Shown here: one piece after another, positions 35,422 through 45,795 of the stretch | How the letters are laid out: every line of letters begins with the position of its first letter | How positions within the stretch are numbered: position 1 is the stretch's first letter | NCBI GenBank assembly: GCA_040905565.1 | Contig: JBBDRF010000081.1 | Coordinates: 9,437-73,436 of the forward strand | Length of the DNA: 64,000 nt | Direction: 5' to 3' | From: Phycisphaeraceae bacterium | Lineage (GTDB): Bacteria; Planctomycetota; Phycisphaerae; Phycisphaerales; Zrk34 | Translations under genes and position numbers: made by a program | The notes under the pieces: model-generated | What the model was told of the DNA's origin: nothing | The model's input: only the letters and a program-made list of their open reading frames with translations | Databases searched by the model: none

Positions 35422-36732
35422 ATGCACGTGACCCGCTCATGCTTCCTCGGCCGCTCGCTGTTTCTTACGCTGTCGCTCGTCGCCGGCTTCGCCGTCACCG
35501 CCGTGACACCCGCGATCGCCGCCGATGGCTGGCCTCAGTTCCGCGGACCTTCGCAGGTTGGCTACGTCGATGAGGCGAACCCACCGCTCACCTGGAGCGA
35601 GCAAGAGAACGTCACCTGGAAAACGCCGATCTCAGGCCTCGGCTGGTCCACGCCCATCATTCAGGATCAGCAGATCTGGCTGACCACCGCCACGCCCGAC
35701 GGCAAGGAGATGTTCGTCTACTGCCTCGATGCCGACAACGGCGAAGTGCTCTTCCGCGAACGGCTTTTCTACAACGAAGAGCCCGAACCGCTGGGCAACG
35801 CCGTCAACGGCTACGCCTCGCCGTCCGGGGCCATCGAGCCAGGCCGCTTCTACGCCCACTTCGGGAGCTACGGCACCGCAGCGATCAACACCGAAACGTT
35901 CGAAGTGCTCTGGAAACACACGGAGCTCGAATGTCGCCACTTCCGTGGGCCCGGCTCCTCCGTCGTCCTCGTTGACGACAAACTCATCCTCACGATGGAC
36001 GGCATCGACGTGCAGTACCTCGCGGCGCTCGATACCGCCACGGGTGAAATCGCCTGGCGAACCGACCGCTCCACCGAGTGGGATGACTACGACGGCGATG
36101 GCAACGTCATCGCCGACGGCGACTTCCGCAAGGGCTACGGCACGCCGATCGTTTACGAAGTCGAAGGCCAGACGCAGCTGCTGAGCGTCGGGTCCATGGC
36201 AGCGTTCGCTTACGATCCGCAAACCGGCGAAGAAATCTGGACCGTGACGTTCGACGGCTACAACGCCGCCTCCAGCCCCGTCATCGCCAACGGCCTGGTC
36301 ATGATCAACACCAGTACGCCCCGCTCGATCCTGATGGCCATCGATCCCGCAGGCACCGGCGACATCACCGCCACCAACGTCGTCTGGGAATATTCACGGG
36401 GCGTGCCGACCAAACCCACCCCGGTGGTCGTCGACGATGAGCTGATCATCTTCGTGAACGACGGCGGCATCGCCACCTGCCTCGATGCTGTGACCGGCGA
36501 AGAGATCTGGAAGGAACGGCTGGAGGGCAGCTACTCCGCCTCCCCCGTCGCCGCGGGTGGCAAGGTCTACTTCCTCGGCGAACGGGGCGAAGCCCCCGTC
36601 CTCGCCGCCAGCCGTGAGTTCGAACGCCTCGCCGAAAACTCACTCCCCGACGGATTCATGGCCTCCCCCGCCATCGTCGGCGACACCCTCTACCTCCGCA
36701 CCCGCTCCCACCTCTACCGCATCGACGACTGA
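35422..36732 (+). CDS. PQQ-like beta-propeller repeat protein (BamB-like, Planctomycete type)
   Basis: Signal peptide then WPQFRGP; repeated xDxxTGExxW motifs; ASPAIVGDTLYLRT end. Confidence 0.9.
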   Translation: MHVTRSCFLGRSLFLTLSLVAGFAVTAVTPAIAADGWPQFRGPSQVGYVDEANPPLTWSEQENVTWKTPISGLGWSTPIIQDQQIWLTTATPDGKEMFVYCLDADNGEVLFRERLFYNEEPEPLGNAVNGYASPSGAIEPGRFYAHFGSYGTAAINTETFEVLWKHTELECRHFRGPGSSVVLVDDKLILTMDGIDVQYLAALDTATGEIAWRTDRSTEWDDYDGDGNVIADGDFRKGYGTPIVYEVEGQTQLLSVGSMAAFAYDPQTGEEIWTVTFDGYNAASSPVIANGLVMINTSTPRSILMAIDPAGTGDITATNVVWEYSRGVPTKPTPVVVDDELIIFVNDGGIATCLDAVTGEEIWKERLEGSYSASPVAAGGKVYFLGERGEAPVLAASREFERLAENSLPDGFMASPAIVGDTLYLRTRSHLYRIDD

Positions 36733-36763
36733 CGCGACCCGTAACGTCACACAACTTGTCCAG

Positions 36764-36787
36764 GAGCCGGGTTGTCCCCAACCCGGT
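36764..36787 (+). repeat. REP-like palindrome, variant C
   Basis: Identical to 29839-29862. Confidence 0.8.
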
Positions 36788-36893
36788 TGTGCCCATACAT
36801 CGCCGACGACACCGCCCGCCAGACGTTGACCGTAAGGGGGCTCGCTACTAATCTGGTCGGAATCTCCGCTTCCATTTTGACAGGAACATCGGC

Positions 36894-37940
36894 GTGGGCA
36901 TAAGCGTCGCACAACTCGCAGCGCAGATCGGCGCGACGCTGGCCGGTGAAGCCGACGGCGACGCCATCGTCGACCATTGCGCCACCCTCGAGGAAGCCGG
37001 CCCCTCAGCCATCACCTTCCTGACCAATCGCAAATACACCTCGCAGCTTGCCGCCACGCAAGCCGCAGCCGTGATCGTCGGCAAAGGGGTCGAGACGACC
37101 GGCAAAACACTGCTGGTCGTGCCCGACGATCCCTACTTCGCCTTCCGCAACGCCGTCGTCGCGCTGCACGGCTTCCGCAAGCATCCGCAGCTCGACGAGC
37201 AGCGCATCAGCCCCCAGGCCGTCGTTCACGATTCCGCCACCATCGGCGCCGGCACCACGGTGCATCCGTTCGCCGTGATCGGCCCGGACGCGAAAATCGG
37301 CGAAAACTGCGTCATCTACCCCCACTGCTTCATCGGCCCTGAAGCGAACATCGGCGACGACTGCCAACTGTTCCCCTCCGTCACCGTCTACGACCGCTGC
37401 GTCCTCGGCAACCGCGTGACGCTCCACGCCGGCTGTGTGATCGGGCAGGATGGCTTCGGCTACGCCACCCACGCCGGCGAGCATCACAAGATCCCGCAGG
37501 TCGGCCACGTGGTCGTCGAAGATGATGTGGAGATGGGCGCCAACTGCTCCATCGATCGCGCCACCGTCGGCGCGACCGTCATCGGCCGCGGCACCAAGTT
37601 CTCCGATTGCGTCACCATCGGCCACGGCACAAAAGTCGGCAAGCACAACCTCTATGTCGGGCTCGTCGGCCTCGCCGGCAGCGTCCAGACCGGCGATTAC
37701 GTCGTCATGGGCGGGCAGGTCGGCGTCGCAGGGCACCTGAAGATCGGCTCCAACGTCCAGATCGCCGCCACCAGCGGTGTCATGAGCGACATCCCCAGCA
37801 ACAGCCAAGTCGGCGGCACCCCCGCGCTCCCGCTCACCGAAGCCAAGCGCATCCACCTCTCCACCGTCAGGCTCCCCGACGTCATCGCCCGCGTGAAAAA
37901 ACTCGAACGCCAACTCGAGAAGCTCACGCCCGCCGAATAA
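36894..37940 (+). CDS. lpxD: UDP-3-O-(3-hydroxyacyl)glucosamine N-acyltransferase
   Basis: ITFL.N.KY, DPY, hexapeptide repeats, GQDGFGY, KIPQVG.V..EDDVEMGAN..IDRA. Confidence 0.97.
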   Translation: MGISVAQLAAQIGATLAGEADGDAIVDHCATLEEAGPSAITFLTNRKYTSQLAATQAAAVIVGKGVETTGKTLLVVPDDPYFAFRNAVVALHGFRKHPQLDEQRISPQAVVHDSATIGAGTTVHPFAVIGPDAKIGENCVIYPHCFIGPEANIGDDCQLFPSVTVYDRCVLGNRVTLHAGCVIGQDGFGYATHAGEHHKIPQVGHVVVEDDVEMGANCSIDRATVGATVIGRGTKFSDCVTIGHGTKVGKHNLYVGLVGLAGSVQTGDYVVMGGQVGVAGHLKIGSNVQIAATSGVMSDIPSNSQVGGTPALPLTEAKRIHLSTVRLPDVIARVKKLERQLEKLTPAE

Positions 37941-38104
37941 CGCACCAGAGCCGTCGCTTATGTGATCCCGCTTGACCGTTATGTTCTGTTGGCCTAGCTT
38001 TGTTTACAGGGACGCGCTTCGGCGCGAGCAGCGGTTGTTCGTCCGCTGTGGTGGGGGGCTGGGGAAACCCGCGATTCGATTTCACCTCTGACAGGAGGCC
38101 AGAC

Positions 38105-38728
38105 ATGGCTTTTACGCTTCCGGAGCTTGGCTACGCTTACGACGCACTTGAACCGCATATCGATGCGAAGACGATGGAAATCCATCACACGAAGCACCAC
38201 AATACCTATGTGACCAAGCTCAACGGCGCGGTTGAGGGCACCGAGTGGGCGGATAAGGACATCGCCGACGTCGTCGCGAACATTACCCGCGTGCCGGAAA
38301 ACATCCGCACCGCCGTCCGCAACAACGGCGGCGGGCACTTCAACCACTCGTTCTTCTGGCCCCTGCTCAAGAAAGACGGCGGCAAGCCCACCGGACAGCT
38401 CGCCTCGGCCATCGACAGCGACCTCGGCGGGTTCGACAAGTTCAAGGAAGACTTCACCAACGCCGCCCTGACGCGCTTCGGCAGCGGCTGGGCGTGGGTC
38501 TGCCTCAATAATGACGGCAAACTCTGCGTCTGCTCCACCGCCAATCAGGACAACCCGCTGATGGCCGGCATCGTCGAGTGCCCCGGCAAGCCGATCCTCG
38601 GCATCGACGTCTGGGAGCACGCGTACTACCTCAACTACCAGAACCGGCGCCCCGACTACGTCGCCGCGTTCTTCGAAGTCATCAACTGGGATCAGGCCGA
38701 GCAGAACTTCCAAGCCGCCAAGGCCTGA
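38105..38728 (+). CDS. sodA: Superoxide dismutase, Mn/Fe family (Mn-type signature)
   Basis: [38 protein letters not shown]. Confidence 0.95.
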   Translation: MAFTLPELGYAYDALEPHIDAKTMEIHHTKHHNTYVTKLNGAVEGTEWADKDIADVVANITRVPENIRTAVRNNGGGHFNHSFFWPLLKKDGGKPTGQLASAIDSDLGGFDKFKEDFTNAALTRFGSGWAWVCLNNDGKLCVCSTANQDNPLMAGIVECPGKPILGIDVWEHAYYLNYQNRRPDYVAAFFEVINWDQAEQNFQAAKA

Positions 38729-38773
38729 TGAAGTTAACGGGCGGTCACAGATCGCCGTTTGCTCCCGAACCCA

Positions 38774-38811
38774 CACCCTCGTGCCCCACCCGGCGCGGGG
38801 GTGTTTTTTTT
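38774..38811 (+). terminator. Intrinsic terminator after sod
   Basis: ACACCCTCGTGCC...GGCGCGGGGGTGT followed by a T-run. Confidence 0.75.
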
Positions 38812-38814
38812 GGT

Positions 38815-39675
38815 TCATCCCCGCCGCTGCTCCGCCAACCGTGCCAGCTCCTTGCGACATCGCCTTGCGTGGCCGCGGAAGCTCAGCGTGTAGAGCCCCG
38901 GCGAAAGCGTCCACAGCATCATTCCCAACCATGTGATCCAGCTCGGCCACAGCTCCGGCCTCGGCTTGCGAATTCCACGCAGAATCTTGCCTGCCACCTG
39001 CTCCGGCGTCTGCATGAAGATGCGTGGCGTGTTCTCCGCCAAGGCCTCGGCTCCCGCGCCGTCGGCGATCACGTCGAAAAACTCCGTCGCTGTGCCCCCC
39101 GGATAGATGCAGGTCACGCGGATGTCCTCGGGCTCCAGTTCCATCCGCAACCCTGCCGCCGCCGCGTGCTGCGCCGCCTTCGTCGCGGCATACTCCCCGT
39201 AATAAGGCAGGCCCACCCGCCCCACCACGCTGGAGGTAAGCATGATGTGCCCCTTCCCCCAGCCAGCGTCGCGCTGCGTCCGCATCATCTCCGCCGCCGC
39301 CCGCGCGCATCGGATCGACCCGTGATAGTTCACCTCCCAAAGCCGCCTTTGCGTCTGCGAATCGGTCTCCAGCAGCGGCCCGAAGTGCCCCAGCCCCGCG
39401 TTCGCCAGCATCACATCGATCCGCCCAAACAGCTCCACCGCCTGTGTCACCAGCTGCTGAACGTCGGCATCCACACTCACATCCGTCGCCACTGCCAGCA
39501 CGCCCTGCGCCCCCTTCTGCTCGCACTGCGACGCAAGTTCCTCCAGCCGATCCAGCCGTCTCGCTGCGAGCACCACGCGCATCTTCGCAGCCGCCGCGGC
39601 CAGCGCCGTCGCTTTGCCGATGCCCGCCGAGGCCCCGGTGATGATGATCACGCGACCGGCCAGCTCACCGCTCAT
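38815..39675 (-). CDS. Short-chain dehydrogenase/reductase
   Basis: TGASAGIG, ANAG, YAATK. Confidence 0.95.
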   Translation of the reverse strand: MSGELAGRVIIITGASAGIGKATALAAAAAKMRVVLAARRLDRLEELASQCEQKGAQGVLAVATDVSVDADVQQLVTQAVELFGRIDVMLANAGLGHFGPLLETDSQTQRRLWEVNYHGSIRCARAAAEMMRTQRDAGWGKGHIMLTSSVVGRVGLPYYGEYAATKAAQHAAAAGLRMELEPEDIRVTCIYPGGTATEFFDVIADGAGAEALAENTPRIFMQTPEQVAGKILRGIRKPRPELWPSWITWLGMMLWTLSPGLYTLSFRGHARRCRKELARLAEQRRG

Positions 39676-40421
39676 CGCCCGCCTCCCCGCTTCTGCAGAT
39701 ACGTGCGCAACTGCTTGATCCGCAAATCAAACGGCGGGTGACTGTTGAAGTACGCCATCCAGTCGTCGCCCGCCTTGCCGTGGTGTTCCTTGAGCCGTTC
39801 GAGCATATGAACGCCCGCCATGGCATCGAACCCCGCTGCCCGACTGAGCACCCCGCCCATCCGGTCGGCCACGAGTTCCGCTTCCTTCGAGTAGGCACTT
39901 TGCAGCATCTTCGCCCCGGCCGAGCGAATCCATTGCCCCGCCATGCCCGCCACAGGCACCGCGCGAGCTGCTGCGAAGATCGCCTGATTGCTCATCATCC
40001 GCTCCATCGGATGTTCCTTGATCACGTGCCCCATCTCATGACCGAGGATGAACGCCAGCTCCGCTTCACCGCCGTCGGTCGCGATGATCAGGTCGATCAG
40101 CCTGCGGGTGATGAACACATGCCCGCCCGGCAGCGCGAACGCGTTCACGTCGTCACCGCCGAGTACGGTGAAGGTGAAGCGCCGCTGTTTGTTGCGGACC
40201 CTCGCCACCATCGCCTGCCCCACCCGCTGCACCTGCTCCGCCAGCTCGAACTCGGCATCGATGCCCATCTGCTCCCGGAACGCCGCCGCCATGTCGCGGC
40301 CGGTCGCCTCCTCGGCCGCGAGCCGTTCCGCTTCCGTCCCGGTTAGCGATTCCCACACCCACCGCCCCTTACGCAGGTGCACCCCCGCATGCTGACCCAG
40401 CTTGTGAAACCAATCCGCCAT
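39672..40421 (-). CDS. M48 family metallopeptidase
   Basis: NAFALPGG, HEMGH, YSKEAELVADR, SHP. Confidence 0.93.
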   Translation of the reverse strand: MADWFHKLGQHAGVHLRKGRWVWESLTGTEAERLAAEEATGRDMAAAFREQMGIDAEFELAEQVQRVGQAMVARVRNKQRRFTFTVLGGDDVNAFALPGGHVFITRRLIDLIIATDGGEAELAFILGHEMGHVIKEHPMERMMSNQAIFAAARAVPVAGMAGQWIRSAGAKMLQSAYSKEAELVADRMGGVLSRAAGFDAMAGVHMLERLKEHHGKAGDDWMAYFNSHPPFDLRIKQLRTYLQKRGGGR

Positions 40422-40548
40422 CGTCACTTCCTTACGCACATCTTCGACACCAACTCTAGCACGCCCCGGTCAAGCCACAAATCCCGAATGCTCACTTACC
40501 GACTCCGGCTCGCTTGACCGTCACCGCTTTCGACGGGACCATGTCGCG

Positions 40549-41589
40549 ATGAACGATCAGAACCCCATCCCCGTGGCCGTTGTGGGTGTCGGACGCATGG
40601 GCCGGCATCACGCCCGCATTTATCGTCAGCTCGAGCAGGCGGACCTCGTCGCCGTGGTCGATCCTGATCAGGATCGCGCCGGCGCCCTGGCTGACGAATT
40701 CAACTGCGACGCCCTCAGCAGCATCGACGAGCTTCGCGAGCGGCATCCCAATGTCCGCGCCGTCACCGTGGCCGTGCCCACCAGCTACCACGAGCAGATC
40801 GCCGGCCCGCTCCTCGAAGCCGGCATCGCCTGCCTCATCGAAAAGCCTCTCGCACAATCCGTCGAAGTCGCCCAGCGCATCGTCGCCACCGCACGCAGCA
40901 GCGGCTCGCTTGTGCAGGTGGGACATACCGAACGTTTCAACCCCGCCGTTCGCGCCATCAGTGAGCTGGAAATCACGCCCCGCTTTATCGAGGTCGACCG
41001 CGTCAGCCCCATGAGCTTCCGCTCCATCGACGTCGGCGTCGTCTTCGACATCATGATCCACGATATCGACATCGTTCTGATGATGGCCCAGTCGCCCCTG
41101 CGTGATGTCCGCGCCGCCGGCGTCGCTGTGCTCGGCCGTCACGAGGATGTCGCCAACGCCCGCCTGGAGTTTGAGGACGGCTGCGTCGCCAACCTTACCG
41201 CCAGCCGCCTCGCGCTGAAGACCGAGCGAAAGCTTCGCGTTTTCAGCGAGACCGCCTACATCTCGCTCAACTACGCCACGAAGTCAGGCGTTTTGCTCAA
41301 CCGCACCGACAACACCGCCGCTCTGGACGAGGTCCGCCAGCAGATCGAGCAAGGTGCCGACCTCTCAGAGCTCGACTACGCCGATCTGGTCAACGTGCGT
41401 GATATTACGATTGAAGATGAGGAGCCGCTGCGTGCGGAACTCGTGAATTTCCTTGACGCCGTCGCAGGCCGCGCTCGCCCCGCCGTCGATGCCGCCGCCG
41501 GTTTCGCCGCCGTCGAAACGGCCCAGCGGGTCGTCGATGCCATCCGCCAGCACACCTGGTCAGGCCTCGACGCCGGCAAGCCGCTCTGA
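40549..41589 (+). CDS. Gfo/Idh/MocA family oxidoreductase
   Basis: GVGRMGRHH, IEKPLA, VGHTERFNP, DIMIHDID. Confidence 0.95.
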   Translation: MNDQNPIPVAVVGVGRMGRHHARIYRQLEQADLVAVVDPDQDRAGALADEFNCDALSSIDELRERHPNVRAVTVAVPTSYHEQIAGPLLEAGIACLIEKPLAQSVEVAQRIVATARSSGSLVQVGHTERFNPAVRAISELEITPRFIEVDRVSPMSFRSIDVGVVFDIMIHDIDIVLMMAQSPLRDVRAAGVAVLGRHEDVANARLEFEDGCVANLTASRLALKTERKLRVFSETAYISLNYATKSGVLLNRTDNTAALDEVRQQIEQGADLSELDYADLVNVRDITIEDEEPLRAELVNFLDAVAGRARPAVDAAAGFAAVETAQRVVDAIRQHTWSGLDAGKPL

Positions 41590-41650
41590 TCCCCAACGCT
41601 TGCTGCAAAGGGTCGGCAAACAGCCGGGGGCTCACAGGCCGCCGCTCACC

Positions 41651-42139
41651 TCATCGTGCCGCCGCGGCAGCAGTGCGTCGTGTCGCGGCTTTGAACGTCC
41701 GCCTCGCGATCACCTTCTGCTCAGCCTGTTTTTGAATCTGGCGCACCCGCTCACGACTTAGATCAAACAGCCGCCCCACCTCTTCAAGCGTCATCTGCCG
41801 ACCATCGGCGATGCCGTAGCGCAGCTTCAGAATCTCGCGTTCACGCCGCGCCAGCTTGCATCCGCGATCTCTAAGCCCCTCACGGACATAGGTTTCGTCC
41901 AGATCCTCCGCCTGCGGCTCCGCCAACTCCAGCCCGTGCCGCTGCAGAAACACCTCCACGTGCTCAAGCGACGTCTGACCAAAATTCTCAATCGTCAGCA
42001 GATCCGCGGCACTGCGCTCGAGCAGGTCCCCCACCGATCGGATACCCGCCACCTGCAACCATCGGCGAGGCCGATTCGGCACGGGCATATCCTTGATGAG
42101 CATGTCAGCGATCCGTTGAGGATTCGACGCATCGGGCAT
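41651..42139 (-). CDS. RNA polymerase alpha-CTD-like domain fused to sigma70 region 4
   Basis: [10 protein letters not shown]...[12 protein letters not shown] (alpha-CTD HhH) then [11 protein letters not shown]...[19 protein letters not shown]; start codon uncertain. Confidence 0.85.
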   Translation of the reverse strand: MPDASNPQRIADMLIKDMPVPNRPRRWLQVAGIRSVGDLLERSAADLLTIENFGQTSLEHVEVFLQRHGLELAEPQAEDLDETYVREGLRDRGCKLARREREILKLRYGIADGRQMTLEEVGRLFDLSRERVRQIQKQAEQKVIARRTFKAATRRTAAAAAR

Positions 42140-42358
42140 GTTGGCACTTGCAGAAACCGTGTTGGTACCGCCCCGGACGCGGGGGGGGTAGGAATCAATC
42201 ATCGCACGGCGTCGCACGACGCCTGATGGTGAAAACATGGTACATGATTCGCGCGACGCGAGCAACGATTGATAACGCTAACCTTCTGCCTGTCAAGTAA
42301 CTCCGTCGCATTCGTGCAACAAAAAACCCGCGCTGATGCGCCCGCGTAGGTCACGTGA

Positions 42359-42715
42359 TCAGCCCACCTGCGACCCTGCCGGAAGCTCCGCGTCAGGCTT
42401 CAGCAGCAGCACCCGTTGCACCTGTTCATCCGATGCGTCCGTCGCTGCCAGCAGCATCCCCTGCGACTCTTCGCCCCGAAGTTTCCGCGGCGCCAGGTTC
42501 GCCACCATCACAATCTGACGCCCCACCAGTTGCTCAGGCTCATAGAACGCCCGCACGCCGGCGCAGATTTGTCGTTGACCAATCTCGGGGCCGAGATCGA
42601 CCTGAAGTTTCAACAATCGGTCCGCATTGGGGTGCGGCTCGCACGCCGTCACCGTCGCCACACGCAGATCCAGCTTCGCGAAATCGTCGAACGCAATCAG
42701 TTCTTTCAAGCTCAT
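42359..42715 (-). CDS. Stand-alone tRNA-binding OB-fold protein (MetG C-terminal/Trbp111/CsaA family)
   Basis: FDDFAKLDLRVA, HPNADRLLKL, NLAPRKLRGEESQGMLLAA. Confidence 0.92.
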   Translation of the reverse strand: MSLKELIAFDDFAKLDLRVATVTACEPHPNADRLLKLQVDLGPEIGQRQICAGVRAFYEPEQLVGRQIVMVANLAPRKLRGEESQGMLLAATDASDEQVQRVLLLKPDAELPAGSQVG

Positions 42716-42837
42716 AGCAGAAATCCTTCAATAAATGGGAAACCGCAAATCATACCCCGCCCTGCCGTTTCCCGCAGCCGCGGCCTCGGTCCTATGAGCC
42801 GGCACACCCCTCGCGTTGACGATCCCCCGGCGTGCGA

Positions 42838-42863
42838 CGATCACTTACTGACGTGCGTGGCTC
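42838..42863 (-). repeat. REP-like unit, variant A
   Basis: Reverse strand GAGCCACGCACGTCAGTAAGTGATCG; matches 16312 and 52712 copies. Confidence 0.8.
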
Positions 42864-42935
42864 AAGGGCGCATAAAGAACGCCGACGTTTTGAGGCGTCG
42901 GCGTTCGTGAAGGTTCAGATTGTCGCGAGCGTCGC

Positions 42936-45653
42936 TTAGTTGCCGTCGGCGTTAAGGGCGGCCTGGGCGGCGGAGAGGCGTGCGACGGGGACGCGGAACG
43001 GTGAGCAGGAAACGTAGTCCAGCCCGACCTTCGCACAGAAGTCGATCGAGGCCGGGTCGCCGCCGTGCTCGCCGCAGATGCCGAGCTTGAGGTTCGGCTT
43101 TGTCTGTCGGCCCTTCTCAACACCCATCTGCACGAGCTGGCCGACGCCCGTCGCGTCGAGCGTCTGGAACGGATCGAGCGGCAGGATTTCCTGATCGATG
43201 TAGTCCGGCAGGAAGCCGTTCACATCGTCACGGCTGTAGCCGAAGGTCATCTGCGTCAGGTCGTTCGTGCCGAAGCTGAAGAAGTCCGCATGCTGGGCGA
43301 CATCGTCCGCAGTCAGAGCGGCACGCGGAATCTCGATCATGGTGCCGATGATGATCGGCAGGCTCTTGGTGAACTTCTTGTCCTTCTTCACGTCCTTGAT
43401 GACCTGCTCGGTCAGAGCGCGGAGGATCTGAAGTTCCTTAGCCGTGCCGACCAGCGGGATCATGATCTCGGGCTTCACGGCGACGCGCTTCTTGAGGCAG
43501 GCGATGGCCGCTTCGGTGATCGCCCGGACCTGCATCTCCAGGATCTCGGGGTAGGTCACCGACAAGCGACAGCCGCGATGGCCGAGCATCGGGTTCATCT
43601 CGTGGAGGAACGCGACGCGGGCCTTGACCTTGGCGGGGCTGAGCTTGAGCTGCTTGGCAACCTGCGCCTGCGACTTCGCGTCGTGAGGCAGGAATTCATG
43701 CAGCGGCGGATCGAGCAGACGCACCGTGACGGGCAGGCCCTTCATGGCCGTGAAGATGCCGATGAAGTCCTCACGCTGATACGGCAGAAGCTTCTCGAGT
43801 GCCTTGCGGCGGTCCGCTTCGCTCTCGGCGAGGATCATCTCACGCATCGCGAGGATGCGGTCGCCTTCGAAGAACATGTGCTCGGTCCGGCAGAGGCCGA
43901 TGCCCTGTGCGCCGAACTCACGCGCCCGCTTGGCATCGTTGGGCGTGTCGGCGTTGGTGCGAACGTCCAGCTTGCGGTACTTGTCAGCCCATCGCATGAG
44001 CTTCGCGAAGTCGCCCGACAGTGCCGGCGCCTGCGTGGGCACTTCGCCAGCCATGACTTCACCGGTGGTGCCGTCGAGGCTGAGCGTGTCCTTGCCTTTG
44101 TAGGTCTTGCCGTTGACGGTGATCTGCTTCTTCGCCGCGTCGATGGTGATCTCACCGGCCCCGGCGACGCAGCACTTGCCCCAGCCTCGGGCGACGACCG
44201 CAGCGTGACTGGTCATGCCGCCTGTCGAGGTGAGGATGCCCGCTGCCGAGTGCATGCCGTCGATGTCCTCAGGGCTCGTCTCCTTGCGGACCAGCAGCAC
44301 CTTCTCGCCGTTGTGCGTGCGCTCGACCGCTTCCTCAGCGGTGAAGGCCAGCTTGCCGACCGCTGCACCGGGCGATGCGGGCAGGCCGATCGTCAGCACG
44401 GTGCGCTTGGCTTTCGGATCGAACGAGGGAAGCAGCAGCTGATTCAGATCGTTCGGCGGCACGCGAAGGACCGCTTCCTTCTCCGTGATCAGCTTCTCAC
44501 GCGCCATGTCGACCGCAAGCTTCACCGCAGCAGCGCCGGTGCGCTTGCCGTTACGCGTCTGAAGCATGAACAGTTTGTCACGCTCGACGGTGAACTCGAT
44601 GTCCTGCATGTCGCGGTAGTGCGTTTCGAGCTTCTTCTTGATCTGCAGAAGCTGCTTGTAAACGCGGTTGTTCCACTTGGGCATCTCGCCGATCGGCTTG
44701 GGCGTCCGGATGCCGGCCACCACGTCCTCGCCCTGGGCGTTGATGAGGAACTCGCCGTAGAACTTGTTCTGGCCGGTCGAAGGGTCACGGGTGAACGCGA
44801 CACCGGTGCCGCAGTCGTCACCCATGTTGCCGAAGACCATCGTCTGGACGTTCACCGCGGTGCCGAGCAGCCCGGTGATGTTCTCGACCTGGCGATAGCG
44901 GACGGCGCGGTTCGTGTTCCAGCTCTTGAAGACCGCCTCGATCGAAAGCTCAAGCTGCTTGAGCGGATCCTGCGGGAACGGCTTGCCCACGTGCTTGCGG
45001 TAGACCTTCTTGTACGCGTCGCACAGTTCGATCATGCCCTTGGTGGGCACGTCGGTGTCGAGCTTCGCGTTGTACTTCTTTTTGACTTTGTCGAACGCTT
45101 CTTCGAAGTGCTCGTGGCCGACGTTCATGACGACGTCGCCGAACATGTTAATCAGGCGGCGGTAGGCGTCGTAAGCAAAGCGCTCGTTGCCGGTGTTGTT
45201 CGCGAGGCCGGTGACGCTGGCGTCGGTGAGGCCGAGGTTCAGGATGGTGTTCATCATGCCCGGCATGGACTTGGCCGCACCGGAACGGACGCTCATCAGC
45301 AGCGGATCGCTTACGTCGCCGAAGGTCTTGCCCGTTTCCTTCTGCAGCATGTTCGCCGCCTTCTGCACCTGGTCCATCAGCCCGCCGGGCAGCTTGCGAC
45401 CTTCGCTGTAGTAGCGGGCGCAAACGTCGGTGGTGATGGTGAAGCCCGCCGGCACAGGCAGGCCGATGCTGGTCATCTCGGCGAGGTTCGCGCCCTTGCC
45501 GCCGAGCAGCTCACGCATCGAGCGATCGCCCTCGGTCTTCGTGCTGCCGAAGTAGTAGACCATTTTGTCGGCGCGGGGGGCGCGGCGGGTGGTCTTCTTC
45601 GTCGTCTTCTTTTTCGTGCTCTTCTTCTTGCGTGTCGTCGTCGCGGTGGCCAT
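42936..45653 (-). CDS. ppdK: Pyruvate, phosphate dikinase
   Basis: LGGKGANLAEM, SVRSGA..SMPGMM, GGMTSHAAVVARG, GIGLCRTEHMF, FSFGTNDLTQ, GICGEHGG. Confidence 0.99.
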   Translation of the reverse strand: MATATTTRKKKSTKKKTTKKTTRRAPRADKMVYYFGSTKTEGDRSMRELLGGKGANLAEMTSIGLPVPAGFTITTDVCARYYSEGRKLPGGLMDQVQKAANMLQKETGKTFGDVSDPLLMSVRSGAAKSMPGMMNTILNLGLTDASVTGLANNTGNERFAYDAYRRLINMFGDVVMNVGHEHFEEAFDKVKKKYNAKLDTDVPTKGMIELCDAYKKVYRKHVGKPFPQDPLKQLELSIEAVFKSWNTNRAVRYRQVENITGLLGTAVNVQTMVFGNMGDDCGTGVAFTRDPSTGQNKFYGEFLINAQGEDVVAGIRTPKPIGEMPKWNNRVYKQLLQIKKKLETHYRDMQDIEFTVERDKLFMLQTRNGKRTGAAAVKLAVDMAREKLITEKEAVLRVPPNDLNQLLLPSFDPKAKRTVLTIGLPASPGAAVGKLAFTAEEAVERTHNGEKVLLVRKETSPEDIDGMHSAAGILTSTGGMTSHAAVVARGWGKCCVAGAGEITIDAAKKQITVNGKTYKGKDTLSLDGTTGEVMAGEVPTQAPALSGDFAKLMRWADKYRKLDVRTNADTPNDAKRAREFGAQGIGLCRTEHMFFEGDRILAMREMILAESEADRRKALEKLLPYQREDFIGIFTAMKGLPVTVRLLDPPLHEFLPHDAKSQAQVAKQLKLSPAKVKARVAFLHEMNPMLGHRGCRLSVTYPEILEMQVRAITEAAIACLKKRVAVKPEIMIPLVGTAKELQILRALTEQVIKDVKKDKKFTKSLPIIIGTMIEIPRAALTADDVAQHADFFSFGTNDLTQMTFGYSRDDVNGFLPDYIDQEILPLDPFQTLDATGVGQLVQMGVEKGRQTKPNLKLGICGEHGGDPASIDFCAKVGLDYVSCSPFRVPVARLSAAQAALNADGN

Positions 45654-45795
45654 GTTGGATCGATCCCAAAATGAGGTGTAGCGCCCGGCCAGGAGCAAAC
45701 GCGAAGCGCACCAGCCGTCGGCGAAGTTATTCAATTACACTTCTATCACCAGCACAGTTACAGGCTGGGGAAAGGGGAAAGTATAGTATCGGGCA

